NCBI RefSeq assembly: GCF_009914755.1
Contig: NC_060932.1
DNA from: the human T2T-CHM13v2.0 reference genome, Homo sapiens
Strand: one strand, 5' to 3'
DNA: 64,000 nucleotides
The position numbers and the translations under genes are program-made. Of the stretch, positions 1-14,826 are shown piece after piece. Numbering within the stretch: position 1 is the first letter of the stretch; each line of letters starts with the position of its first letter. The notes beneath the pieces were generated by a model. It made no database searches. It had not been told where the DNA came from and saw only the letters and a program-made list of their open reading frames with translations.

Positions 1-2030
1 TTTATAAACTTATAAAAAAAAGCTGAAAAAGATTGTTGAATAAAAGATTAAGACATACAATCAATCCCAGTCATACACATCAACTAAAAACAATTACAAG
101 ACAAACTTTTTGAGAAAATACATTTATAATAGCAACACAGTCCACAACACAGGTAGAAATAAATCTAACAAAATATATGCACGATATTTATGTAAAAAAT
201 TATAAATTCATGGAACAATATTAAAGAAGAAAAATAAGTGTAGAGATGTACAGGTTGAGTATGCTTGGACCAGATGTGTTTCAAATTTTGTTTTTAGATT
301 TTGGAATACCTGCATTATACTCACCAAGTGAGCATCCCAAATCCAAAACTCGGAGATGCAAAACACTCCAATAAACATTTCCTTTGAGCATCACGTCAGT
401 GCTCAAAAAGTTTTGAATTTTGGAGCATTTCAAGTTTTGGGATGCTCAACCCACGTTATGTTCAAAGATGGAAAGACTTAATATTTTTAAAGAAATTATC
501 TCTTTCCAAATTTCTATAAACTCAATGCAACTCAATAAGAAAAATCCCAAAAGGGTTTTGTTAAAACAATGATGTGGGAGGTTTTTTGGAAGGAATCTGG
601 CCTACTAGATGTCAGGAATTGTTATAAGGCTGTAATCATGAAGACAGAGGCACTTGGGGCAGTGACAGAGAAATACATTAGTGAAAGAAAAGATAGCTAC
701 AAAGCAGACCCATGAATATAAGGAAACTGGAGAGATGATTGTATTGGTGGCATTGATTAATTAGGACAAGAGTCACTGAATAGTGCTGGGAAAAATGACT
801 ATGCAGGTACACAGAAAATTAGATCCCTACCTCACATCATATATAAAAATAAATTCCAAACAGAATGAATAGCTAAATATAGAAAAACAATATTTAAAAA
901 TCTTTAGACAAAATATAGATGAACAGTTCATGACCTTGGAAAAAAGAAAGACTTCTCAAATGAGTTACAATACATATAAAATATAAGGGAAAAGAATAAA
1001 ACGTTTGGCTGCATTAAAATTAAGAATTTTGGTACAATGAAAAACATCAAAAACCAAAGCAAAGACAAGCTTCATTTTTAATGCGTTGCAAATATCTTTT
1101 CACAGGCATTTGCAACATATTAAATTGACTAAGGATTTGAATTCTGAATTTATAGAGAACTCCTATAAATCAGTAAGAAAAAAATGACCCAATAGAAAAT
1201 TAAGCAAAGGACAAGAATCAATAATTTAAAGTAGGGGAAACCCAATGACCAATAAACAGGAACAGAAGCTCAATCCAACTAGTAGTTAGAGAAATGGAAA
1301 TAAACCCCAAGAGTATTATTTCTCACCCAACCTATTGGAAATATTTTTAAAGCGTCCCAGTACCAAGAGTTGGTCAAGCTATAGATCAACAGGAAATACG
1401 GGAATTCCTGTCACTGCTGGTAGGGATACAAATTGGTACAACTCCTTCAGACAGAAAAAGAGTTTGACCGAACAATTCCATTTGTAGCTGCCTATCTTGG
1501 ATCAACTCAGAGTTTGGTAAAAGGGCACATTCAAAAGTGTTCAATGCAACATCGTTTATAAAAGTAAAGAACTGCTTTTAACTAAGTGCACATCAACTGG
1601 AGAGTAGATACAGACATACAATGGTAGAGTTATATGATGGAAACCTATGCAGAGGTGACAATGAATTTAAAAGAACTATATGCCCCACCACAGACAAATC
1701 TCATATTAAAACTGCTGGGTAAATAAGTTGCAGAAGATATACAATATATATGTATATCAAATTTTAAAATATGTTTTAAAATACTCGATATTATCTATAA
1801 ATATCAAATTTAAGAGTAGTCATTCATGCTAAGAGAGCAAGAGACACAGTGTGGAAGAATATACAGAGCTTTAACAGCATATTTTTATTTCTTTAAATTA
1901 AAAACATAAAAGCAAATATAATATACTGAAATATTAAAAATGGACAAGTCTGTATGGTAGACAAATTGATACCTCCTAGACATTTATTTATGTTTCTTAT
2001 ACTTGAAATGTCTTATAAAAAGTTACTTTT
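1..2030 (+). mobile_element. Ancient L1M (L1ME-type) 3' half: degraded ORF2 and 3' end, interrupted by Tigger4a
   Basis: Degenerate L1 ORF2 motifs (gatggaaagacttaatatt, aaattagatccctacctcaca, aaatgacccaatagaaaa) in collinear order, ending in an L1ME-like 3' UTR; no intact frame. Confidence 0.8.
251..453. mobile_element. Tigger4a/MER46A (TcMar-Tigger) non-autonomous DNA transposon
   Basis: Termini CAGGTTGAGTAT...GATGCTCAACC are inverted repeats, preceded by TA; internal catttcctttgagcatcacgtcagtgctcaaaaagtt matches the consensus. Confidence 0.85.
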
Positions 2031-2047
2031 AAAGTCATTTAGACTAA

Positions 2048-2584
2048 TGTGTTAGCCTGGGATCCCCCCAGAAAGCAGAGCCTGAGAAAAGGGTTTGCAC
2101 AGAGCTAGTGCTTAGGGAAGGGATGCCAGGAAGCATGTAGAGTAGGCAAAGTGGGGCAGCAGAGGAGAAGGTGATGCCAGAGGGCATGTTGCTGTGTGTC
2201 GCTGAGCTGGCGGCCCTGTGGGCAGCTGGGGCTCAATCATCGTCCTTCTGTGGAGCCGAGAGGACTGTGCTTCACACTGTGCGCCTGAGGCACAGAAGAG
2301 GAAATAATTGCTCTCCCAACTCTTTCCCTCACTAGTCAAGCTTTCCCCCAGAGGGGTCAGTTCTCTCACACTTCATCCATGCACTGTGCAGAGAGACTAC
2401 CCATAGCCACCCAAACCTACAGCCTCAGAGAAGGCAGTTAGAATATTCCAGAAAGCAAGAGATGCTCACGACGGCTATGGTAAGGTGCTGTCAGGTGACA
2501 CCTGCATAAATTTGGTTGCCACGGCAATAGCTAGTCTAAAAGTGGGCTACTATATGAGGCAGAGCATAAGACATGTATGACACA
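2048..2584 (-). mobile_element. LTR16-family (ERVL) solo LTR
   Basis: tgtgttagcctgggatcccccagaaagcagagcctgaga and ctgtgggcagctggggctcaatc match reverse-complement LTR16; TGT...ACA ends. Confidence 0.75.
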
Positions 2585-2639
2585 ACTATTTCTTAAAAAT
2601 TAAGTGAGTCTCTTGACATTAACACGGATGTTTTAAAAT

Positions 2640-2935
2640 GACTTCAGATCTGATGGTAAACAAGGGCCTCCCTGAAGAAATGATGTTTCAGTTAGGAATC
2701 CAACAACAAGAAAGCAATCATGTGATGGTCTTGGAGGACAGCTTTCCAGAGAGAATGAGCAGTTAAAGCAAAAATCGTAAGGCACAGTGTGATCAAGGAA
2801 CAGAACAAGCAGAGAGTGGTGTAGGAGTAAAAACAGAGGAAAGGTCATGGGGAAATACTCATATTTCATTCCAAGCAAAATGGGAAGGTATTTTGAGAGT
2901 TTTAAGCAGATGAGTGACATGAATTGGTTTGTGTT
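2640..2935 (-). mobile_element. L2 fragment
   Basis: ggcctccctgaagaaatgatgttt and gagttttaagcagatgagtgacatgaattggtttgtg are typical antisense L2 3' region. Confidence 0.65.
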
Positions 2936-4634
2936 AAAAAAAAAAAATGGTGAGTTCCAATTCTGGAAAAGATGGAGTAAGCACAATCTACCCTGTCTCT
3001 CCCACTGAATGCAACTATAAATCATAGAATGCACTGAGCTGAAGATGAAGACTCAAAAAATAAATGTTAGAAGGTGGATCACAGTAGGAGCCAGAAACTG
3101 AAGTTATTCTGAACTGGCAGTGAGCTGCATCTCTCTCCAGTACCACCTGGCCTCAACTGAAAGGCAGCGTGGACTCCAGAGGCGTGCCCTGCGTATAGCC
3201 AGACAGAGCTCCCAGGGCAGCCTCTCTTCCTGGTCCAACAAGTGGGAAAAGGTACTATGAAGGGCCACAGAAAGTAGGAGAATCCCTGAGTCTTTTCCCT
3301 TTTTTCTTCCCTTTTCTCCCAGCCCAGCCTCAAAGCAAACCACAGGAGATAATGACATCAGAGCAGTATTGGCGGGACAGGCTCACACACCTCCCTGATA
3401 CAAACCACCTCACTGACCCAAAGAGCTGAGGTCCCAAAACCAGGGGGCCAGTTTGCATCACTCTGATTTCCTTCTCTGTGCCTCTGGACAGTCAGTCCTC
3501 CATGTAGACACACAGAGGGGGAAGCTCATATCCTGCCTTTGTAGCAGGCACATAGGGATAAGAGCCCCCAGTAATTTGGGAAGATTTCAGAAAGGAGATT
3601 GATTCAGAGAGCAGACAAAGTCAAGCATGAACTCCTAAGCTCACCAGGGAGCTGAGCTTGACAGAATCAGACCCTCAAGAGCAAACCACGGGCTTTGATA
3701 ACTGATCTCCAGGCAAGAATGCCGACGGGCACCCACATGCGGCTGATCCAAGAAGCACCACAAATGCTTTGAAACTGGAACTGCAGCACAGCCTGCAAAA
3801 GGTACTCTGCATTAAAAAAAAAAAAAAAAAAAAAAGTACCAACATTTTCCTCAGTATTCAAACAAGATCCCAATGCCTCCCAATATTATAGTCAAGATGT
3901 CCAGAATACGATCTAAAATAACTCAACACAGAACCAGGAAAATATCAAGTCATGAGGAAAAAGTAAGTAACAGACAATAACTTCAAGATGACTGTCTTAT
4001 TAGAAAGAGACTTTAAATGCATTCCAAGAACTGACCATACTTGAAACAAGTGAAAAGACGGAAAATCTCAGCGAAAAAGAAGATATAAAAAAGAACCAGA
4101 AAAACTTAAGCAAAAAAAAAAAAAAAAAAAAAAAAAGAAAGGAAAGAAAAAAAGAAAAATTCACCACATGGTGAATTATCTTAGTAACTGAGAGGACAAG
4201 TAGACATAAAATCAGAAAGAATATAAGATAAACAAAATTACCATTGACCACCCAGATCTCACTAATACTCAGAGAACATTCCACCCAAAAGCAGCAGAAT
4301 AATCATACTACCCAAGTGTACATGCAATATTTACCACCAATCACATTCCAAGACCATGGGTTGGGGGTGGTGGGGGAACTCTAACAACTGTAAAATAAAA
4401 ATCATACAATGTGTTTTTGGGATCAGTAAGGAATTAAACAAGTAAATGTGAAGATAGATTAACAGATTATCCAATGGAAACAACAGGGGAAAATAAAACA
4501 GAAAAAAAAAACACTCTTATGGGACAACGAAACCTCTAAAAATCACGTCACAGGAGACTAAGAAACAAAGAAGAAAATAACATGCCATTTTTAAATAAAT
4601 AATGGCCACACCCCCAAAAAGAATTGGCAAATGA

Positions 4635-5000
<366 letters not shown>

Positions 5001-5089
5001 CAAAAACTATTTTTTTTAATCCCTGCCTGGAAACATAATCAAACTGCAGAAAGCTAAAGAACAGAAGCCATCTGGAAAGCTGCCAGAGC

Positions 5090-5910
5090 AAACAATACAT
5101 CCTGCACAGGGAAACAATGAATTCTACACAGAGGAGACAATGCATCCTGCACAGAAGAGATAATGCATTCTACACTAGGGAGACAGTGCATCCTTCATAG
5201 GGGAGACAATGCAACCCTCACAGGGGAGACAATGCACCCTACACAGAGAAGACAATGCATCCTACCCAGGGGAGAAAATACATCCTACACAGGGCAGACA
5301 ACGCATCCTACACAGGGCAGACAACGCATCCTACACAGGGAGACAATGCATCCCACACAGAAGAGACAATGCATCCTACCCAGGAGAACAATGCATCCCA
5401 CACAGAGGAGACAATATATCCCACACAGGGGAGACAATGCATTCTACACAGGGGAGACAATGCATCCTACACAGAAGAGACAACGCATCCTACCCAGGGG
5501 AACAATGCATCCTACACAGGGGAGACAATGCATCCTACACAGGGAGACAATGCATCCCACACAGGGGAAACAATGCATCCTACACAGGGAGACAGTGCAT
5601 CCTACACAGGGGAGACAATGCATCCTACACAGGGAGACAATGCATCCTACACAGGGAGACAATGCATCCCACACAGGGAGACAATGCATCCCACACAGGA
5701 GAGACAATGCATCCTACACAGGGGAGACAATGCATCCCACACAGGGGATACAATGCATCCCACACAGGGAGACAATGCATCCTACACAGGGGAGACAATG
5801 CATCCCACACAGGGGAGACAATGCATCCTACACAGGGAGACAATGCATCCTACACAGGTAGACAATGCATCCTACACAGGGAGACAATGCATCCTACACA
5901 GGGGAAACAA
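5090..5910. repeat. Minisatellite/VNTR, 22-23 bp unit GG(G)GAGACAATGCATCCTACACA, about 36 copies
   Basis: Directly visible tandem array; explains the three overlapping repetitive ORFs in the track. Confidence 0.97.
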
Positions 5911-6253
5911 AACAACAAATTTTTCTAAAGTCTGAAGAATCCTCATAAAAAACCACGGAGGGCAGAGAAAGTGAATCATTTTTAAAATGCTGAAAGAAAA
6001 GAATGTCAACTCAGAAGTCCATATCTATTAAAGTATCTTTCAGGAATAAAAGTAAAGACATTCTCAGATAAAGGAAAATTAAGAATCTCAGTCATCAGTA
6101 GAACTTTTCTAAAAGAACTGGGAAAGAAAGTCCTTTAAACAAAGGGTGAATAATAATACAGGGAAACTTGAACACGAAGCAAAAAGAGTAACAAAAATGG
6201 TAAGTATCTGGTTAAATGTAATTTCCTATTAAGTTACTTAAAAGATACACAAT

Positions 6254-6575
6254 GGACTGGGCGCAGTGGCTCATGCCTGTAATCCCAGCACTTTGGGAGG
6301 CCAAGGCGGGTGGATCACAAGGTCAGGAGATCGAGACCATCCTGGCTAACACGGTGAAACCCCGTCTCTACTAAAAATACAAAAACAAAATTAGCTGGGC
6401 GTGCTGGTGGGCACCTGTAGTCCCAGCTACTTGGGAGGCTGAGGCAGGAGAATGGCGTGAAACCAGGAGGCAGAGCTTGCAGTGAGCCTAGATCACACCA
6501 CTGCACTCCAGTCTGGGCAACACAGCGAGACTCCGTCTCAAAAAAATAAATAAATAAATAAAACAAAACAAGAAA
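6254..6575 (+). mobile_element. AluY-type element with extra ACAAAA in the linker
   Basis: gagatcgagaccatcctggctaacacgg, aatggcgtga, gagcttgcag; linker aaaaatacaaaaacaaaattagc. Confidence 0.92.
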
Positions 6576-7827
6576 AAACAATGAACGATATATGATGAAT
6601 ACAAGCTAAAATTATAACATTGGGTTTACAATGTATACAGATTTAATACATTATACAACTAAGACATGAGGAGGGGAAAGATAAAAGCGCCTATATTTGA
6701 GATTCCACCAAGTGATAAAATATTATTTCTAAGTCAACTGTGAAAATCTAAGAGCACTTATTATACTCCCTAGAGAAAACACTGAAACAGCTCTACAAAG
6801 AGATAAAGTTAAAAGCTCAATGCTTTAAAAATCAAATAGTTTAAAAGAACATAAAAAAGGAGAAATGGAACAATAAACAACAGAGTGAATAAACAAAAAA
6901 CAAACCAAAAATACAATGGTAGACCTCAGTTCAAACATACCAAGAATTACATTAAATATAAATGACTTAAATAGTCTCATTAATAGACAGAGATTGTCAG
7001 AATACGTTTAAACAAAAAAAAACACTCAACTATATGCTATCTATAATAAATCCACTCTAAATATAATGGTATAGATATGTTAAAAGTAAAAGAATCATGC
7101 CAAGAAAACACGATTCAAAAGAATACTGGGCTGTTATATTAACATCAGACACCTAAAGAGGGACATTATATAATGATAAAAGCATTAATTCACCAAAAAT
7201 ACACAATAATTATTAATGTGTATGAACCTAACTATAGAGTTTCAAAATACATGAAATAAAAAACTGAAAGGATGAATGAACCAAATCACAATTAGAGACT
7301 TCAACACTCTTCTCTCAGTAATTGATAGAACACAGACATGAAATCAATAAAGACATAAAAGTAATAAACACCACCAACCACTTCATACTGATTGATAATT
7401 AGTGAACACTCCACCCACCAAGAGCAGAATATACATACTTCCCAAGTGCACAGCAACATTCAACAAGGTAGACCACATTCTAGGCCACAGAAAAAATCCT
7501 GAACTAATTTAAAATATAAAGCATACAAAGTATCTTCTCTGACCAAAACAGAATTAACCTAGAAATCAATGGTAGAAGGAAAGCTAGAATAACTCCAACT
7601 ATCTGGAAATTTAATCAATGCACTTCAAAACAACCCACTGTTCAAAGAGGAAGCCCCAAGAGAAATAAAATATTTTGGAGTGAACAAAAATAAAATATGA
7701 TATATCAAAATTCTGTGACTGGAGCTAAAGCAGTACTTAGAGAAAAATCCATATCATTAAGTGATTATATAAGAAAGAACGGCTTCAAATCAATAAGCCT
7801 ATCTTCTATCTTAAGAAACGAGAAAAA

Positions 7828-9224
7828 CATGGTACTGGTACCAAAACAGATATATAGACCAATGGAACAGAACAGAGGCCTCAGAAATAACACCAGACAT
7901 CTACAACCACCTGATCTTTGACAAACCTGACAAAAACAAGCAATGGGAAAAGGATTCCCTATTTAATAAGTGGTGCTGGGAAAACTGGCTAGCCATATAT
8001 AGAAAGCTGAAACTGGATCCCTTCCTTACACTGTATACAAAAATTAATTCAAGATGGATTAAAGACTTCAATGTAAGACCTAACACCATAAAAACCCTAG
8101 AAGAAAACCTAGGCATTACCATTCAGGACATAGGCATGGGCAAAGACTTCATGACTAAAACACCAAAAGCAATGGCAACAAAAGCCAAAATAGACAAATG
8201 GGATCTAATTAAACTAAAGAGCTTCTGCACAGCAAAAGAAACTACCATCAGAGTGAACAGGCAACCTACAGAATGGGAGAAAATTTTTGCAATCTACCTA
8301 TCTGACAAAGGGCTAATATCCAGAATCTACAAAGAACTTAAACAAATTTACAAGAAAAAAACAAACAACCCCATCAAAAAGTGGGTGAAGGATATGAACA
8401 GACACTTCTCAAAAGAAGACATTTATGCAGCCAACAGACACATGAAAAATGCTCACCATCACTGGTCATCAGAGAAATGCAAATCAAAACCACAATGAGA
8501 TACCATCTCATGCCAGTTAGAATGGCAATCATTAAAAAGTCAGGAAACAATAGATGCTGGAGAGGATGTGGAGAAATAGGAATGCTTTTACACTGTTGGT
8601 GGGAGCGTAAATTAGTTCAACCATTGTGAAAGACAGTGTGGCGATCCCTCAAGGATCTAGAACTGGAAATACCATTTGAACCAGCGATCCCATTACTGGG
8701 TATATACCCAAAAGATTATAAATCATGCTACTCTAAAGACACATGCACACGTATGTTTACTGCAGCACTATTCACAATAGCAAAGACTTGAAATCAACCC
8801 AAATGTCCATCAATGATAGACTGGATTAAGAAAATGTGGCACATATATACCATGGAATACTATGCAGCCATAAAAAAGGATGAGTTTATGTCCTTTTCGG
8901 GGACATGGATGAAGCTGGAAACCATCATTCTAAGCAAACTATTGCAAGGACAGAAAACCAAATACCACATGTTCTCACTCATAGGTGGGAGTTGAACAAT
9001 GAGAACACATGGACACAGGGTGGAGAACATCACACACCAGGGCCTGTCACGCACACCAGGGGGGTGAGGGGCTGCGGGGATAGCATTAGGAGAAATACCT
9101 AATGTAAATGACGAGTTGATGGGTGCAGCAAACCAACATGGCACATATATACCTATGTAACAAACCTGCACATTGTGCACATGTACTCTAGAACTTAAAG
9201 TATAATAATAATAATAATAATAAA
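7828..9224 (+). mobile_element. 5'-truncated primate L1PA (about PA5-PA7): ORF2 C-terminus, 3' UTR and (TAA)n tail
   Basis: Frameshifted ORF2 peptides [35 protein letters not shown] and [20 protein letters not shown]; L1PA 3' UTR; diverged TSD aagaaacgagaaaaa / aagaaaccggacaaag. Confidence 0.95.
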
Positions 9225-9575
9225 AAGAAACCGGACAAAGAACAAATGCTTAAAGGAAGCATAAGAAGGAGATAATAAAGGGCAGAAATGAATTAAAATG
9301 AAAGCAGACAAATAGAAAAATATCAGTAAACTAAAAAACTGATTTTTAAAAAGATCGATGTAATTGATAAACCTCTAGCCACAATTACAAAGGAAAAAGG
9401 AGAGAGAACACAAATGACCAGTATCATAAATAAATGAGGGAATACCACTTCAGCCACAGACATTAGAAGGACAATAAGGAAATACTACAAACAACTCTCC
9501 TCACATAAATGTGACAACTCAGATGAAATGGACCAGTTTCTTGAAAGTCACAAACTACAAAAATCCATCCAAGAA

Positions 9576-9729
9576 AGCACTTATCCACTGCTAGTAGTGA
9601 TGGAAAATGGTACTACCACTCTGGAAAACAGCTTGGCAGTTTCTTACAAAGTTGAATAGTGAAAAACACATCATATAATCCAGTAATCCCAGTCCTAGGT
9701 ATTTATCCTAGAGAAATGAAAACTTAAAT
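9576..9729 (+). repeat. Dispersed ~154 bp duplicate of 11538-11690
   Basis: agcacttatccactgctagtag...gaaaacttaaat occurs twice, about 2 kb apart, with fewer than 10 differences by eye. Confidence 0.95.
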
Positions 9730-10382
9730 AGGTAGCCTGAAAAGTCCTAAATCAATTAAATAAATTAAACATATTGTTTTAAAAATCATTCTGAAAAAGA
9801 AATCTCTATGCCCAGATGGTTTGTTTATGCATTCTACCAAGCATTTCAAAAAGAAATAATTCTATACAAAATAGCAGAAGAAACACTTCTCAGAACATTT
9901 TATGAGGTCAGCATTATCTAATACCAAAACCAGACAAAGACGGAAGAAAAAACGACCACAAATACCCTTCATACCAATAATACTCAACAAATTTTTTGAT
10001 ACCAAAAAAAGCATCTGACAAAACTCAAATTTCATTCATGATTTAAAAAAAAAAGCACTCACCCATCAATAGAAAAAAACCCCTTAATCTTTAAAAAATA
10101 TGGACGCTAAGAAGTACAGAATGCTGATGAATAAAATCAAAGACCTACATAAACAGAAGTATATGCAGTGCTCAGATTGGAAGGTGCAATATACTTATCC
10201 ATTTTTCCCAAGTTAATTCATAGATTTAACAAAATTCCAATCAAAATCCTAGAATGACACTGTAGATGTAGACAATCTTATCTGAAGATTTATATGGAAA
10301 TACAAAGAAACAATAGACAGAACAATTAAAAATAAAAGAAAAACTCTGAGGACTCAGAGTTTTAGAGGATTCGACCCAATTT

Positions 10383-10485
10383 TAGTAGTAAAAGATTTAC
10401 TGTAGGGTACACTAACATAGTAGTAAAGACTTATTCTAGGGTACACTAATATAGCAGTAAGGACTTACTACAAGGTACACTAATC
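10383..10485. repeat. 34-bp tandem repeat x3 inside L1 ORF2
   Basis: A tagtagtaaagacttattctagggtacactaata-like unit is repeated three times. Confidence 0.88.
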
Positions 10486-11083
10486 AGGACAGCGTTGTAC
10501 TGGTGAAAGAATATCCACATAGTTCTCTGGAGCAGAATAAAGTGTCCAGAAATAGAATTACACACAGATACAGTCATTTTATTTTTAACTAAGAAGAGAA
10601 TTCAACGGAGAAGAGATAATCCATTCAACAAATAGTGTTGGGACAACTGGATTCCACTTATCAAAAAAAAAAAAAAAAAAAAAAGGAAAAGAAATTTAAA
10701 CTTCACAATTTATACAAAAGTTACTCAAAACACACAGGTAAATGCAAAACAAAACTGTACAATTTTACAAGAAAACATAAAAGAAAAAAAGCACAACCAA
10801 AAGTAGGATCCAAAAAAGGAAAATTAGATTTATTAAAATTAAAAATATCTCTCTGTGAAAGACACTGTTAAATGAATGAAAAAGTTACGGAATTGAAGAA
10901 AACATTTACAAATTACATACCAGATAAAGGACTTGTATCTATAATATATTTTAAAAACTTTTGAAACTCAACATCAAGAAAACGAATAACCTAATAAAAC
11001 ATTGGGCAAAAAGACTTAAAAAGGTACTTTACCAAAAAGCCAGAAAGACAACAAATAAGCACATGAAGAAAGGATCAATGTCA

Positions 11084-11552
<469 letters not shown>

Positions 11553-12264
11553 CTAGTAGAGATGGAAAATGGTACTACCACTCTGGAAAACAGCTTGGCA
11601 GTTTCTTACAAAGTTGAATAGTGAAAAATACATCATATAATCCAGCAATCCCAGTCTTAGGTATTAAACTAGAGAATTGAAAACTTAAATTCACAAGAAT
11701 CACTCTACATGAGTATTTACAGCAGCTCTATTCATAATCACAAAAAGCTGGTAACAGCCTAAATGTCCTTTAAACAGTGAATGGATCCACAGGCTGTGAC
11801 ATACCTGTACAACAGAAAGCAACTCAGAAATAAAAAGGATCAAACTGTTGACAGACTCAGTGACACAGACAGATCACAGAATGCAGAATCAAAGAAGCCA
11901 CTCCAAGAAAGGAACACACAGTATTATTCCATTTATAAGACATTCTGGAAAAACCAGACTATAGAGATGGAGAATAGATCAGTGTTGCCACAACGGTGGG
12001 GGCGGGGAGATGCAGAGCATGATTCTAAGTGGCAGTGTGTGAAGTGTTGCGGGTAATGGAACTGTTCTTTATCCTGACTGTGATGGATACACCAAGCTAT
12101 CTGTGTTGCTCATTAAAGTTAGAACTCAAAAAATCGTGCACCAAAAAAGTTCATTTTACTCTATGTTAATTTAAAAAACATTTAAATCAATGCAATTAAA
12201 AAAACAAACATCACGATGAGTTTGAAGGACCACAGTGCATTAAGTTTACTCCAATACTGGTCTT

Positions 12265-12415
12265 GTTGCTTAATGGCTATAACATCATAAGCAAGTCATT
12301 TAATTTCTCTGACTGTCAGTTTCCCCAGTCCTCCAATGGGGATAACAACGCCTATGCTATGGAATTATTAGGAGGCTCCAGTGAAAAAAAGTAAGTGAAA
12401 GTGCTTTGTAAAATC
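12265..12415 (+). mobile_element. MIR fragment
   Basis: gcaagtcatttaatttctctgactgtcagtttcccc...aatggggataac core. Confidence 0.7.
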
Positions 12416-13224
12416 ACAAGAAGAATACCACTATAAACATGGGGGGTGGGGCTATTATTAGCTTGGTTGCTGTCAGTGGAGCTGCAAAACCTACCAGCCA
12501 ATGACTCAATATCGACTCAGCTAAAAATGAGTACCCGCCAAGGTCCAGCATGTCTAAAAACCATGGTGCCATGACTACAAATCAAGTGAGACTCTCTTTT
12601 CCCCAAGTCTGGCAGATATCCCCAAGGCCTCCCAGGGTCTAGACACCAATGTTTGCTCATTCCCAGGAGTGTACTAAAGTGAATTAGCATAAAACTAAAA
12701 CAGGTAGTGATGGCCACCCACACCTTTGGTCAAATTCATGTGGTCTTTTAAAATTCTGTAAGCCTGCCTATCTTCTTAATCAGTCTTCTTTCCAGAATGG
12801 GTAGTCAATATGAGACTGGAGAGCTTTTTCACATTTTAAGAAAGCCAGGGAACCTAATTCAATCTGAAGTCCAGAGAAAACAAAGAACAAAGAATCAGAG
12901 GGTTTTCTGCTGATGTAACCTCACGCTTACCTCTGCCACACTGCTATGGAGCTTCCTGATCTCACGGAGGACTATGAATGACTACCTATCTACCAGATCA
13001 GGGTTTCTGAAACATAGCACACCAACCACCAAAAACCAAACCCTCGGCTCTAGATAAGTCTCAATGAGTTAAAACCTCTAGCAGTGACACCAGGGACTCT
13101 GACTTCTCTGGGTTTGGGCTTCACTGTGCAAGCTGAACCTGCAGAGTAGGAAGGTGCTGAAATCTCTATGGGGAAGGAACGCAGCACACAGCACCAGCAC
13201 ATGAAGCACAGCAGCGTGGGCACC

Positions 13225-13931
<707 letters not shown>

Positions 13932-14134
13932 CTATTCAAGTAAAAAGAACAGGTTTAGTGGCAGATGGGAACGTGGTGGCATTTCCCCATCAACAACTGA
14001 AAAGCAACCCAGTCTTTGTGAAGGGTCTCTGAAGCTTTACATTATTGAAGACAGTAAGGATAACTGTTTCTAATTTTTTAATTAATAAACTTTAAAAATA
14101 TAATTTTTTAAATGTTCCCTTAAGAGAAACAATT

Positions 14135-14826
14135 TGGAATGGCTGGAATCAAAAAGATAGATACAATAACAAATATTGGCAAGAATGTGCAGAAATCAGA
14201 TACTCATATACTATGGGAATGTAAAATGGTGCAACCACTTTGGAAAACAATCCAGCAGCTCCTTAAACTATTTAAACATAGAGTTACCATATGATCCAGC
14301 AATTCCACTCCTAGGTTTGTACCCAAGAGAAATGAAAACATGCATCCACACAGAAAATTAAACATGAATGTTCATAATAGCATTATTCACAATAGCAGAA
14401 AAGTGCAATCAACCCAAATGTCCATCAACTAATGAATGAACAAAATTATATCCATTCAACAGAAAATTATTCAGCAATAAAAAGAAATAACATACATAAT
14501 TGTGGTTGAATCTTGAAAACAACACACCAAGTGAAAGAGGTTAGTCACTTGTTTCCATTTATATGAAATATCTAGAGTAAGCAAATCTAGAGAGACAGAA
14601 AGTAGATTAGTGGTAGATTAGTGGTTGCCTAGGGTGCGGGAGGGAAGTAGGGGAATAGAGAATGGCAGCGATGGGTACAGGGTTTCTTCTGGGAGGATGA
14701 AAAGTTCTAAAATCAGATTGTTGTGACGGCTAAACAACTCTGAATATACTAAAACGTTGAATTATACAGTTTAAGTGGGCGACTTATGTGACATGTAAAT
14801 TATATTTCAATAAAGCTGTTTAAAAA
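14135..14826 (+). mobile_element. L1MB-type 3' end (MB7/MB8-like)
   Basis: gtaaaatggtgcaaccactttggaaaac, gagacagaaagtagattagtgg, terminal tcaataaagctgtttaaaaa. Confidence 0.85.

Noticed and set aside
5163-5935. Three 226-239 aa overlapping ORFs; array superficially CRISPR-like
   Set aside because: Stop-free minisatellite with units in direct tandem, no unique spacers and no cas genes; human repeat context.
8136-8995. L1 ORF2 peptides
   Set aside because: Frameshifted, 5'-truncated L1PA; not a functional CDS.
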